A stretch of DNA of 64,000 nt from Desulfatiglandales bacterium (GCA_963662465.1 OY759599.1:6816001-6880000); one strand, 5' to 3'. Counted from the stretch's first letter, positions 17,633 through 28,194 are shown. Notes: generated by a model not told the origin, from the letters alone. A program made the numbers and translations.

Positions 17633-18049
17633 ATGATGGGAGATGTCCTTTTAAGAGTGGTTCAATGCCGATGTTGTGGTTGCTTTTTTCACGTCTGTCG
17701 GTCGTGTTGGCGTGGCCAGGCCTATTGTGGGGAACGATGTCGCAGGATACGCCAAAGACAGCTGCACCGGAAAGCTCAGGGGAAATACCGCAATTCGAAA
17801 AAAGGGAAAGAGCGCTGTCGTTTGTACGAAAAAACAAAAAAATCCAAAAAAAATGGACTGAACCCTGGTGATGATAGTTCAACACCTCAAAAAGACTGTG
17901 ATATTGAACCCAAAAAGCGGTCGGGGAACCGACCCAGCTGTCTTTTTTGCGGGTCGATCGGGGTTGTTGTGGACCATTTTCCTCGCCGTGCTTATGCAGG
18001 GAGGGTTTTTTCAGATGTAACAGGCTTTGAGAAAACCCCATATCCATGA
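17633..18049 (+). CDS. Cys-rich, basic putative zinc-binding protein
   Basis: CRCCG...CRSC...YCGERC and C-terminal CLFCG. Confidence 0.65.
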   Translation: MMGDVLLRVVQCRCCGCFFHVCRSCWRGQAYCGERCRRIRQRQLHRKAQGKYRNSKKGKERCRLYEKTKKSKKNGLNPGDDSSTPQKDCDIEPKKRSGNRPSCLFCGSIGVVVDHFPRRAYAGRVFSDVTGFEKTPYP

Positions 18050-18061
18050 CAGGAGAAAAAA

Positions 18062-18481
18062 ATGATCAAAAAAAGAGTCCTTTTTCCCGAAAGAGTGCGT
18101 GTCATCAATGGAAGCTTCGGCTTTCTGGAGCATCGTTTTTTGAGAAACGGCTTTTGGGAGAGCCTGAATCATCATGAGCTGCTGCTCTACATTTTTCTGG
18201 TGTTGGTATCTGACAAAAACGGGCTCTCTTATTATGGTTACGACAGAATCTGCCGGATTTTAAAGGTGCATTTGGATCAATATATCGATGCCCGCGATGG
18301 CTTGTTGGACAAGGATCTGATTGGGTTTGATGGCCGTCTGTTTCAGGTTCTTTCGCTTCCCAGACGTCCTGTGATTGTGAAACAGGTAAAGGAGATCCGG
18401 CAAGGAAATTGGGTCAGTCTTGGAGAAACCATAGAGGAAATCTTTCGGGAGACTGGGTATGGAATCCATCCGAACCGTTGA
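18062..18481 (+). CDS. Putative winged-helix protein resembling replication-initiator N-termini
   Basis: LNHHELLLYIFL...GLSYYGYDRICRIL...ARDGLLDKDLI; CAGGAG ribosome-binding site. Confidence 0.6.
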   Translation: MIKKRVLFPERVRVINGSFGFLEHRFLRNGFWESLNHHELLLYIFLVLVSDKNGLSYYGYDRICRILKVHLDQYIDARDGLLDKDLIGFDGRLFQVLSLPRRPVIVKQVKEIRQGNWVSLGETIEEIFRETGYGIHPNR

Positions 18482-18688
18482 TATTCATTTGCTGGAGTTG
18501 CGTTACGCTCATTGCCGGATAATGAATCACCAGGCTTTAAAGCGATTGAGGGATTCCATCGAAACTTACGGGCAGATCGTTCCGGCCCTGGCTATTGAAG
18601 AAAAAGACAAACTGATTCTGATTGATGGCTACCTGCGTGTTCGAGCGCTTTGTGCTTGTGGAAAGGACCGGATATGTGTCCAATTCTC

Positions 18689-20486
18689 CAGCAATTCCCG
18701 GTCAAGAATTTACTCACAGAGTTTGAAAAACATATTTCAAAAACAAACCCTGAGATCAGATCCTTTTCAGAAAAATTGTATTAAATCCACTATTACCTCC
18801 CTCGATTTCTTGCAGGTTGAGCTTCTTTGACAAGAGTAAGAGCATAAAAGCACGAGTTAGGGCAGAGATATCCATTTCCGGAATCTCCAGTTTTTTATTA
18901 ATGAGAGCATTTTTGTATGCGAACTTGGGCATGACAAATTTAACCACTGTTATATAGAATAACTGGCGCTTGAAACTTTACGCCATAATAGAGGGCTTCA
19001 TAGAGCATCCTCATCGATTTGAATTCAAAATCTCTAAACAAAGCTCTCATCCGTTCCCACAATTCCCTTTTTGAGCCGAGTTTATGCCATGCGGCTATAA
19101 ATAGAGGGCAACAAAGCTGTTGAGTTTGATCCACCAAGAATGCCAGCATCATGAGCATCGCAAAAACAACACTCAGATTCTTCTTGCCGAGCCCGTAGTT
19201 GTGTTCAAAATGATATCCTTGGTTCTTAAGAGTATTGAAGGTTTCATTTTCGATCTTCCATCTCGCACGGCCGCCTCGCATTAGCTGGTATGCATTGTCC
19301 TTTCCTATTAAAAAATCTGTCACCCAACTAAAATGTTTTGTTTTTTTCGGTGTAATTTCCCAATATTCCAGAAAGTTAACCAGCATATTCTTGTTAGAGG
19401 CATTGAGAGGTACCTGGTTAATAAATCGGAAACGATGTATTTTTTCCGGATCCTCTTTATCGACCAATTCGAATTCAGTGACGTCACCATTTATCCGCGC
19501 TTGTTCGACGTGATTAAACAAGAAATGGTGATCTCCTTTTTTAACTCCCAGAATATAATGAAAATTTTGCTTTTGTATTTCTTCAATGTGGGGTGCATTC
19601 GAACTTAACGCGTCCTCTGTTATAATGATAGGCAGATGGGGATGCTCCTCTTTTAGCTTTTGCAAGAAACGTTTCGCGGCATTACGCTCACAGTCGTTCT
19701 TGCTTTGGCCATCCTGCTTGACTATGAATTCCGGAGCAAGCGGAATGACCTCTTTGAAATCCGGATGGACAATTGCTGCCCCCAACATCTGCTGATAATA
19801 GGTTTTTTCGCCGGTTTTTTTCGATACTTTTACCAAACAACTATCAGAGGAAAGTTTCTTCGATGAGAAGAAACCCGTTCCATCCAAAGATAGAAGATAA
19901 CAACCTTCGAAAAATACCATACGTTCAAGCACCTTTCCCCTTTGCAGTTCCCAGAAGATATTCCTATACGGTTTCCGAAGTTCTTCTGCGAGCACTTCAT
20001 CAAGAATGGTGCGCATCGTACTGTCACATGGGATCTTTCCAATATGGTATATGTTCCCAAGATTACTATCGGTTTTTCTTCTTTCATCAAAGGCAAGCAA
20101 CGATGGCTCCTTGAGCGAAAACATTGCAAACCCGGACATCAAGGCATCCGCAATAGTAATATCGGGATCCTCACGGCAGTCAGAGACTTCAGAAAAATCT
20201 TTATGCAGACGCTTGAAAATTGCATCTGCATTAAGATGCTTGCGAACTCCAATCTTGCCTCTCTCTTTTCTTCCTTTTTGGCTTCTGATTCCCATAGGCA
20301 GTAATCATCGGCCAAGTTGATCTGAAAGTCCAGCTTTTTCTGAGAATTGCCAAAAAAATTCCTGTTTTATTTTAAAAATTGGAGAAAAAAGCCTTTTCAG
20401 GCTATTCATTCAACGTAAAGCTTTACGAAAAGGAAATGCCAAAAGGTACTGTCCTAGCGCCTTTAGAATCTAAGCGGGAATTGCTG
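18689..20486 (-). mobile_element. 1798-bp DDE insertion sequence copy 2, inverted relative to copy 1
   Basis: Same inverted repeats and identical transposase; target duplication CCAATTCTC at 18680-18688 and 20487-20495. Confidence 0.93.
18940..20295 (-). CDS. DDE transposase, 451 aa
   Basis: Identical protein to 14091-15446. Confidence 0.93.
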   Translation of the reverse strand: MGIRSQKGRKERGKIGVRKHLNADAIFKRLHKDFSEVSDCREDPDITIADALMSGFAMFSLKEPSLLAFDERRKTDSNLGNIYHIGKIPCDSTMRTILDEVLAEELRKPYRNIFWELQRGKVLERMVFFEGCYLLSLDGTGFFSSKKLSSDSCLVKVSKKTGEKTYYQQMLGAAIVHPDFKEVIPLAPEFIVKQDGQSKNDCERNAAKRFLQKLKEEHPHLPIIITEDALSSNAPHIEEIQKQNFHYILGVKKGDHHFLFNHVEQARINGDVTEFELVDKEDPEKIHRFRFINQVPLNASNKNMLVNFLEYWEITPKKTKHFSWVTDFLIGKDNAYQLMRGGRARWKIENETFNTLKNQGYHFEHNYGLGKKNLSVVFAMLMMLAFLVDQTQQLCCPLFIAAWHKLGSKRELWERMRALFRDFEFKSMRMLYEALYYGVKFQAPVILYNSG

Positions 20487-21146
20487 CCAATTCTCAAAAG
20501 AAAACGAACAAAATGCCATGTTTTCGCTTTTAACCAAGGCCAATGAACGGCAATGGGAAGTCATTGAGCAGTCTGTTTTACTTCAGGAATTACATCGGCG
20601 TTTTGGGTGCAGCCTCTCCCATATTGCAACCCGAATAGGGCGCGACAAGAGTTTTGTAAAACGGCGGCTGGACCTGGTTGAAGCCCTGCCGGAAAATATT
20701 TTGAGAACCGTGATTGCAGGCTCACTTTCAACCTGGGCTGCCAGCCGTGTCATGGCGCCGTTGGCGCGCGCCAACGGTGAAGACGCACAAAAACTGTTGG
20801 CCCACCTGGAAAAAGAACCTCTATCCACAAGGGAACTGGCCCGTTTCTACGCACATTACCAGAAAAGCAACCGGTCTGTTCGAGACCACATGCTGGAAAA
20901 TCCATCCCTTTTCATAAAAGTTCTCGAACAAAGAACCCAGTCTAAACAAGCCAAAGAAGTTCATGATGGACCGGAAGGCAAATGGTTCAAGGATATTGAA
21001 ATGGTATATGCGGTTCTCAAACGTCTGGTGAAAACCGTTTCGCATGTCCATTACCCAAAAAGCGATCAGTTGAAGAAACAAACGCTCAAAACCTGGGTGA
21101 AAAAGATAGAAAAACAAGCACTGGAACTCAAGAAAGCGACCCAATT

Positions 21147-22529
21147 ATGATCCGACAATCCAAAAAAGATGCCATTGTGGAATTGAAAAAAACCGGCATG
21201 AGTTTGCGCGACATCGCCAAAACCCTGAAGGCCGGTCGCAATACCGTCACGAAGGTTTTAGATGATCATGACGAAGAGGCGGTACCCCAAAGGAACTCCC
21301 GGTATGAAGAACATGTCCCGTTGATCCGCGAGCTTTTCAAGGAATGTAAAGGAAATGCCGTGCGAGTAGCCGAGGAACTGGAAAGCCGCCAACAGATCAA
21401 AATCCCTTATCAGAGTCTGACCTGGATTATGAGAAAGTACGAGATCCGGGAACGTAAAAAAAGACGGGCGGGCCAATACCATTTTAAACCCGGTCAGGAG
21501 ATGCAGCATGATACGTCACCCCATCTGGTTGTCATTAATGGGAAAAAAATGTCGACCCAGTGCGCGTCCCTGACCCTGGCCTTTTGCCGAAGGATTTTTA
21601 TTCAGTATTACCCCTGTTTTACCCGGTTTGAGTGCAAGGTTTTCCTAAAAAAAGCATTCGAGTTTATGGACGGGGTGTGTTCCCGGTGCATGGTTGACAA
21701 CACCAATGTTATTGTGGCCGGCGGCACCGGGCCTGATGCATTGATTGCGCCTGAAATGAAATACTTCGGCGATATGTATGGAACCCGGTTTGAGGCCCAT
21801 GCTGTAGGAGACGCCAATCGAAGTGCCCGTGTGGAAAGGCCTTTTCATTTTGTGGAAAACAATTTTCTTCCCGGTAGAACATTTGTTAGCTGGCAGGATT
21901 TGAACCGGCAGGCAATCGACTGGTGCCGGAATACAAGCGATAAAAAGTTTAAACGGGCTTTAGGGATGACGCCGGATGAGGCCTATGTCATTGAAAAGCC
22001 ATATCTCATTGATTTACCGGCATACCAGCCGCCAGTCTATGTGGCAGAACACAGGGTAGCCGATGTTCAGGGATATGTGCACTTGGACACCAACCGCTAT
22101 TCAGTCCCTGAAGCGCTGATTGGGAACTCCCTGGAAGTACAGAAACATTGGCTCAAGGTCATCGTTTACGACAAAAACACAAAAGTGGCGGAACATGACC
22201 GCATACTGGATAAACGCAACACCCGAACAACCCTGCCCGGTCACCATGTTCCCATTCGAAGAAAAAAAGATCCCCGAATCCCTTCAAAAGAAGAACAGCT
22301 GTTGACGGGAGAGGATGCCATCCTGGATGAGTATGTGGCTGAACTGAAGAAAAGAAGTCACGGTCGCGGTGTGGTCAAGTTACGTCGGTTGCTTCATCTG
22401 AAACGCACTTATCCCGGGGAACCTTTTTTGAAAGCCATAACACAGGCGCTTAAATATGGACTTTTTGATTTGTCGCGTCTGGAAAACATTATTCTCGATT
22501 ATATCGCGGGAGACTTTTTTGATCTATGA
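21147..22529 (+). CDS. istA: IS21 transposase IstA
   Basis: N-terminal HTH; MQHDTS / MVDNT / ARVERPF. Confidence 0.9.
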   Translation: MIRQSKKDAIVELKKTGMSLRDIAKTLKAGRNTVTKVLDDHDEEAVPQRNSRYEEHVPLIRELFKECKGNAVRVAEELESRQQIKIPYQSLTWIMRKYEIRERKKRRAGQYHFKPGQEMQHDTSPHLVVINGKKMSTQCASLTLAFCRRIFIQYYPCFTRFECKVFLKKAFEFMDGVCSRCMVDNTNVIVAGGTGPDALIAPEMKYFGDMYGTRFEAHAVGDANRSARVERPFHFVENNFLPGRTFVSWQDLNRQAIDWCRNTSDKKFKRALGMTPDEAYVIEKPYLIDLPAYQPPVYVAEHRVADVQGYVHLDTNRYSVPEALIGNSLEVQKHWLKVIVYDKNTKVAEHDRILDKRNTRTTLPGHHVPIRRKKDPRIPSKEEQLLTGEDAILDEYVAELKKRSHGRGVVKLRRLLHLKRTYPGEPFLKAITQALKYGLFDLSRLENIILDYIAGDFFDL

Positions 22530-23245
22530 AAAAGAAAATTGAACAGTTACTCATTGATTTGAAGTTTAAAGGCATGCTGAAGGCTCTCGAAGAACAGTTG
22601 GCTTCGGCTGAAAAGAACGGTTTTTCCATTCACGAGGTCATCTACAATCTCCTGGCTGAGGAATTACGTTTCCGGCAGGAGCGCAGCATGATCTATCGGG
22701 TCCAGATTGCAAAGCTTCCATGGGAATGGACCCTCAACTCCTTTCCGTTTGATCTTCAGCCGGGAATACAGAAGAGCCGGATCATGACGTTGTCCGGCCT
22801 TGACTTTATCAGCCGAAGAGAAAACATCGTGTTCCATGGAAAAACCGGCGTCGGCAAAACGGGATTGGCCGTGGGGATCCTTCGTCAAGCCATTATTGCC
22901 GGGTACCGGGGGCGTTTTTATAATGTTCAGGATTTGCTGGATCAGCTCTATGCGTCTTTGGCAGATCGGTCCACCCCGAAACTCCTCAATGCCCTTTGCA
23001 GATATGACCTGCTTCTGCTCGATGAACTGGGATACCTGACCCTCAAAAAAGAGCAGATGAACGCCTTTTTTAAACTCATGAAAGATCGCTATGAAGCCGG
23101 TCGGTCCACAATTATTACGACCAATCTTCAACCTGAACAATGGTATTCGCTGCTTGAACCAAAGGACATGGTCGATGCCTTGCTGGATCGTCTCAACCAT
23201 CGCTGCATCAACATTCATATTGATGGTCCTTCCCTCAGAAAATGA
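22526..23245 (+). CDS. istB: IS21 helper ATPase IstB
   Basis: GKTGVGKT, LLLDELG, ITTNL, ALLDRL. Confidence 0.93.
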   Translation: MKKKIEQLLIDLKFKGMLKALEEQLASAEKNGFSIHEVIYNLLAEELRFRQERSMIYRVQIAKLPWEWTLNSFPFDLQPGIQKSRIMTLSGLDFISRRENIVFHGKTGVGKTGLAVGILRQAIIAGYRGRFYNVQDLLDQLYASLADRSTPKLLNALCRYDLLLLDELGYLTLKKEQMNAFFKLMKDRYEAGRSTIITTNLQPEQWYSLLEPKDMVDALLDRLNHRCINIHIDGPSLRK

Positions 23246-23343
23246 GATGTTCGCCAAAGGGCCGGTTTTGAGGTCTGAATATCACCGGTCTGTTTGAATC
23301 TCGTTACACGAATATCAGAAATTACCTTGTCTTGGAGCTTGAA

Positions 23344-23541
23344 ATGAGAGGTGGAAAACGGGTAGGCGCCGGCCGAAGAAAGAAACCGGAACATTTGAGA
23401 CGTGAACTGCTCACCATTCGTCTCCCCAAATGGATGATTCTACAGCTGAAAAAAAACGGGGAAATTGGATATTTGATTGAGGATCAATTGGCGAAGGGAG
23501 GCCTCCTGAATTTACCGGACGACTATGACATAGACAAATAG
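23344..23541 (+). CDS. Small RHH-like protein copy 5
   Basis: MRGGKRVGAGRRKK...TIRLPKWM...LPDDYDIDK. Confidence 0.8.
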   Translation: MRGGKRVGAGRRKKPEHLRRELLTIRLPKWMILQLKKNGEIGYLIEDQLAKGGLLNLPDDYDIDK

Positions 23542-24004
23542 TTCCTCAATAAGCATTGCCCTTAACCGAAAAATCTAATCCCCTCTTCTCTGCCATCACC
23601 ATATTGATGGTATCCTCATCACTGATTCTTCAACCAGAACGCTACGTGTCTCACCAGCATTTTTAAAATACCATCTGATATACTCTTTCATGCAACCTCT
23701 AACAAATTTACAAGAAAACCCTTCTAAAAGGAAAAGACCAGTGCGCAATATCTGGTTCCGTTTGGAGTAGCAAAACTGGTTCCATTTTGGTTAGCGCCCA
23801 AGATTGAAAACCGATTCTTCTATTAAAAATATCTTGAAGAGTACTTGAAAACAACATTTCTCGTAGTGGTGGCACCTCCTTTCGAATCTTATTGTACGGG
23901 GCTAACAAGTTCGTGTAAAAATTGCATTGGCTCGTAGCATTATCGGTTATTTGTCTACGGTTTCCATAACCAGCGCTATTTTTTTTGGAATCTTACCTCC
24001 GCAC

Positions 24005-24090
24005 ACCCAACGATAAGCTCACCTGCGCCTCCGACCAATGTCGCGAGAACCGCATGACTTCCAGGCGTCAGGTGAAGCGCCAGGTTCGCG
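24005..24090 (-). other. attC site 1 (86 bp)
   Basis: R'' CGCGAAC, L boxes TTCACCTG / CAGGTGAG, R' GTTGGGT. Confidence 0.88.
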
Positions 24091-24154
24091 CTTCGTTAAT
24101 TTGGAGGGACCTGAGGTCCTTCTTGCAGGGGCTAGATTCTTTGGCTCCGAAAAA

Positions 24155-25606
24155 TTATTGAGGAAGCACCTTTACATTTGGCTCTAATTTTACGGCCCCA
24201 CCACCTGTGGCTAAAGCATTGTAAATTTCACTCATTCCGTCGTGCACTGTAAACGACTCTTTCCAACCGCCACTGATGGTAACCATTCCAGTTTTTTTCC
24301 AATTCGGCGTTTCTGAATAAGTACCATCGGCAACCTTGATGAGTGAACCATCCTCGGCCGCTTCTAAGGCAAGCTGGATCGTTTGGTAGCAGGGGTCTTG
24401 GCCACATTGTCCGTCTGAAATTACATACAAGGTGGATGCGTAAGAGGTCGTAAAAGGTATATTATCACCATACCCTGTTTCAGCTGAATTACTTGCGTAT
24501 GCCCTTACATGATAGGTAATTCCGGGATTCAGCCCTGTAATTGAACTTGTGAACTCTCCTTTTCCACTACCATCTACGGTATGGCTGTCACTGGTGGTGG
24601 GATCACCCGAGGTATTCCAGCAAACCCCTCTGACCGTTACTGTATCGCCGCCTTCTGATACAACCGTACCGCCACTTTGAGCGCTGGTGGATGTGATGGA
24701 AGATATGGAGGGATTCGTGGTAACACTAGGAGACGTGCAGCTTTTAAAAGAGAAAAATACGGTATTCGAAATGTAAGCATCTTCCTGCTCCAGATATGCG
24801 TCTGCGCGCAAAAGGTGTATCCCCGGTTGATTCCAATTGTACATAAGCATTATGGGAGTATATAGCACCAGATCAAACGTTCCTTGAGGCAAATTGGTGC
24901 TCATGTATTCCAAATTTTCATTTACAATATAGGAGTGATAATAATTTTCACCGTCATCAGATGTGAGGGTTGTGCCAAGATACGGAGAATTGCCTATGCA
25001 CGATTCAAAGGGAGCTGCCGGGCCGATTGAGAGAGACACACTTGTCTTGCAGGATTTGGTTTGGTAAGTGATTTCAGTGCTGGCAAGAAGATTGGACGAT
25101 GAGTCTAAAACTTCAATTCCCAAAGTACCGCCACCGTTAATCTGATTAAGTGTGCTGGACGACAAGTTTGGAAACGGATTATGAAAGTAAGGAGAAGAAT
25201 CAACGTTCAAAGAGTAATTAGAGATCGGAGAACCATCCAATTTGATGATTACATATACTCTCTGCAACGTATCCAGCACAATTTTGACCATCTTTATGGG
25301 ACCGGTTCGAGTGTCGGCCGTTACCACCGGCTCGCAATAAGTTTGTGTTTCCCCCCATTCACCCAACCCTAGACTTAATATTTGCACTTCATTTGCTCGA
25401 TCTTTTTCCATATCAGAAGGAATTTCAAATGTGGACTGCTCCGCTAATGACGCATCTCCGCTTGAGAAACCGGCTGAAATGATGTCACTATTTGTCCTAT
25501 CTTCCCCAATAATTTCTGTGTCACAAAATGCTGGCGGATTAAAATCAGGGCTAAAAAAAACAAAACTCATAGTAGATAGCGCTATAAAAAAGATTACACT
25601 TTTCAT
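24155..25606 (-). CDS. Secreted Ser/Thr-rich protein with an FN3-like module (cassette 1)
   Basis: Signal peptide; ITSTSAQSGG...RGVCW...ITGLNPGITYHVRAYA...YG; C-terminal PCYQTIQLAL...IKVADGTY. Confidence 0.75.
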   Translation of the reverse strand: MKSVIFFIALSTMSFVFFSPDFNPPAFCDTEIIGEDRTNSDIISAGFSSGDASLAEQSTFEIPSDMEKDRANEVQILSLGLGEWGETQTYCEPVVTADTRTGPIKMVKIVLDTLQRVYVIIKLDGSPISNYSLNVDSSPYFHNPFPNLSSSTLNQINGGGTLGIEVLDSSSNLLASTEITYQTKSCKTSVSLSIGPAAPFESCIGNSPYLGTTLTSDDGENYYHSYIVNENLEYMSTNLPQGTFDLVLYTPIMLMYNWNQPGIHLLRADAYLEQEDAYISNTVFFSFKSCTSPSVTTNPSISSITSTSAQSGGTVVSEGGDTVTVRGVCWNTSGDPTTSDSHTVDGSGKGEFTSSITGLNPGITYHVRAYASNSAETGYGDNIPFTTSYASTLYVISDGQCGQDPCYQTIQLALEAAEDGSLIKVADGTYSETPNWKKTGMVTISGGWKESFTVHDGMSEIYNALATGGGAVKLEPNVKVLPQ

Positions 25607-25702
25607 GGTACTTCCTCCTAATTCGAATTGTCGAGTAGCCAGGGGATGTCACCATCCCCCAGCCCTCTAAGAACCGTGCGTGCGCCGTTAAACGCACACG
25701 GC

Positions 25703-27559
25703 TCAAGCATTCCAAAGGCAAGCCCTTTCGGGGCTACCCGGTTGTGACGTTTTATGCTCTTTACGCCTGTCTGCCTTCTGCTGACTGCGTTGGGCATATC
25801 GTTTCCTGAAATATTGTTCATATTTCGGATCGAAGGGGTTCGCATCCCCTCGAATTTTGACATGGCGTTTTATCCTGACGTTGTGAGCCTTCTCAAGTTC
25901 AATTCTGGCGGATTTCGCATAGCCGTCCTCGATCACCGCTGAAAAGGACCACGGGCCAGATCCTTTTGACCAGTATTTATCCACCAGCCAACTCTTACTC
26001 TTGCCCGAATGTTTCCTCCTCATCCATTGCCAAATATAGCTGTAGATACGGTGATCTACAAACCCGAAAGTTCTACCTGAAACCACATGCCTGTGGTAAT
26101 TGGCCCACCCCCTGATTTTGGGATTGAGTACTTTAATCAGAATGTCGGCTCTTGATGCCGCATGCTTTCGGATTGTTTGCCGGATATTGCCTAAAAAGGC
26201 TTTCACGTTTTTGCGAGAGGGCTTTATCAAAAGTTTTCCTCCGTATTTGCGTGAACTTTGTCCGAGAAAATCAAATCCTTCTTCTATCCTTGTGATCAAC
26301 GTTTTTTCCGCTGAAAGCGAAAGACCTCTTCGCTCCATAAATGCTTCAATTTCCAGCTTGATCTCATTTAGCATCTCTCTGGAATTCCCGGTGATGATAA
26401 AATCATCAGCGTAGCGGATTACGTTTATCTTGGACCGTATATTTCCCTGAATTCTTATCGGGGCGGTGCTTTTGGCTGCCGCTTCCAGACCATCCAGGAC
26501 CATATTAGCCAACGTTGGAGAGATAATCCCGCCTTATGCAAAGAAAGTAATTATGCAAAGTAAGCCATAAAATTCATAGTAATTCAAGGGTTTCTTTTTG
26601 ATTTACTTAGCATAATCTCCACTTATGATGACTGAGAAAAAGTTCAAATAATCATTAGATGGAACAAAGGAGATATTTTTGTCCAAAACAAACCAAGGAT
26701 ACTGCATTGTTTAATTGGATTTCAAGTCTGCAGTAGCCGTGATATTATGCAAAGTAAATCCACTGAAGGTGCTGTAAATCTAATAACTTAACGATCTACT
26801 TCGCATAATCGCGAACTTTGCATAAGGGGGTTTATGCAAAGCTTTGCATAACCCGCCTTGCGGGGTTCCTCTGTATGTTGGATAGAGCTTGCCTCTTTCT
26901 ACATACCCGGCTTTCAGCCATTTCTGAAGCGTCTGTTTATCCATCGGGATATTTTCCAGCATCCATTGATGGCTGATTTCGTCAAAACAGGCCTTTATAT
27001 CTCCCTCCAGAATCCATACGGGTGAGTGGCGCTTGGCCAGAGAAATAAAACACTGACCGATGGCATCCGCACATCCCCGATAGGGTCTGAACCCGTAAGA
27101 GTTCGGATCGGCGGTGGTTTCCGCCACCGGATCAAGCGCCAATTTGTACAACGCCTGCATGGCTCTGTCCTTCATTGTGGGAATGCCCAATGGGCGTTTC
27201 TTGCCGTTTTTCTTGGGTATGTAAATTCGGCGCAGCGGTTTGGGTTGGTAGGCTCTTCGGCGCAGGTCGTTTACCGCCTGCATTTTGTCAATGTGGGTGG
27301 ACCATATGACTTTATCCACTCCCGGTGTGCGTTTACCCCGGTTGGAAGTAACGCGCTTGATAGCCAACAACTTGGCATAAAACGAATGAGTCAAAAGCCA
27401 CTGTATCACCTTGACTTTTCCCCATCGCTTTTCCTTCACAGCCTTTGCGATACGCACCTGCAGTCTTCTAACGTGCTCGCCGACGGTTTTCCAGTTTATG
27501 GATTTCCACCAGTTTGTTCCGTCCAAAGGTGCACCAGTCGCCAAAACGGCCACCGTCAT
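25703..27559 (-). pseudogene. ltrA: Intron reverse transcriptase/maturase (510 aa rejoined), split at GTPQGG by a 318-bp insert
   Basis: RPLGIPT, SYGFRP, GDIK, GTPQGG|IISP, RYADD, GFDFLG, X domain. Confidence 0.92.
26534..26851. mobile_element. 318-bp non-coding element with TTATGCAAAG termini
   Basis: Inverted repeats TTATGCAAAG / CTTTGCATAA with internal copies; flanking direct repeat CCCGCC at 26528-26533 and 26852-26857. Confidence 0.85.
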
Positions 27560-28194
27560 TCGCCCGTTTCACTGGCTGTTTTCCCCTGTTTGAAGATTCG
27601 ACAGATTATCTCGCAATGGAACACCGGTCAGAAGTCTGCTCTCTTTCGAGCCGGATCATGTAGGTAGTTACACCCTCAATCCGTATCCCCATCATTACAA
27701 CGAGGCATTCGCTTTTTCTGACATCCTTTACCCGCAACCCCATGGGCTCACCTTGCGGTTCGCTTTCCCCGTGGGGAGGATTACGGGCTTACCATGTTCC
27801 GCGTAAGTACCAGAGCAGGTTAGGTTCCGCCTTTACGCCGGTGGCACAACATCCGCGACGGAGGAGTTCGCAGCCTCCGTTCCTGGCCACGTACCTTTTG
27901 GTCCAAGCCTTTCAGCATCTTAGGCTTGTTCTCGTGACGACGCTGCAGCGATTCACATGTGTTAACCGTACTGCTCAATTCTAGCTCCCTTACCGCATGA
28001 TGCTTGCAGAGTTGAGGTCCCCTCACGGTTTCCTCTCCCGGAAAATTCCGCGGGCTTCATTGTCCCGAGAGCTTCACACCCCCGGATTACTCCGGACGCA
28101 TGTCCCGGTAGAATACCTGTTGCAGAAAACAGGGTTTTGTTATATGGTTTATATCAATATATAAAACAGCTACTTACGCGACATCACGTCGCAC

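Larger units (their letters stand above)
18459..21150 (+). pseudogene. ParB/Srx-domain plus HTH protein (294 aa rejoined: 18459-18688 + 20496-21150), split by IS copy 2
   Basis: LRDSIETYGQIVP...LIDGYLRVRA; rejoined ...CVQFSKENEQNAMF...; HTH SLSHIATRIGRDKSFVKRRL. Confidence 0.85.
17272..23801 (+). mobile_element. Complex IS21-family element C: Cys-rich gene, wHTH gene, parB-like gene, istA, istB, RHH-like gene; inserted in cassette 2
   Basis: Ends TTCAACGCTAATCAAAACTGAACCA / TGGTTCCATTTTGGTTAGCGCCCAA with tandem subrepeats; 10-bp target duplication GATTGAAAAC at 17262-17271 and 23802-23811. Confidence 0.92.
25630..28194 (-). mobile_element. Group II intron (chloroplast-like CL1 type, no endonuclease domain)
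   Basis: 5' GTGCG at 28194; domain V GAGCCGTGTGCG...CGCACGCACGGTTC; domain VI ending ACTCGAC at 25630. Confidence 0.92.
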
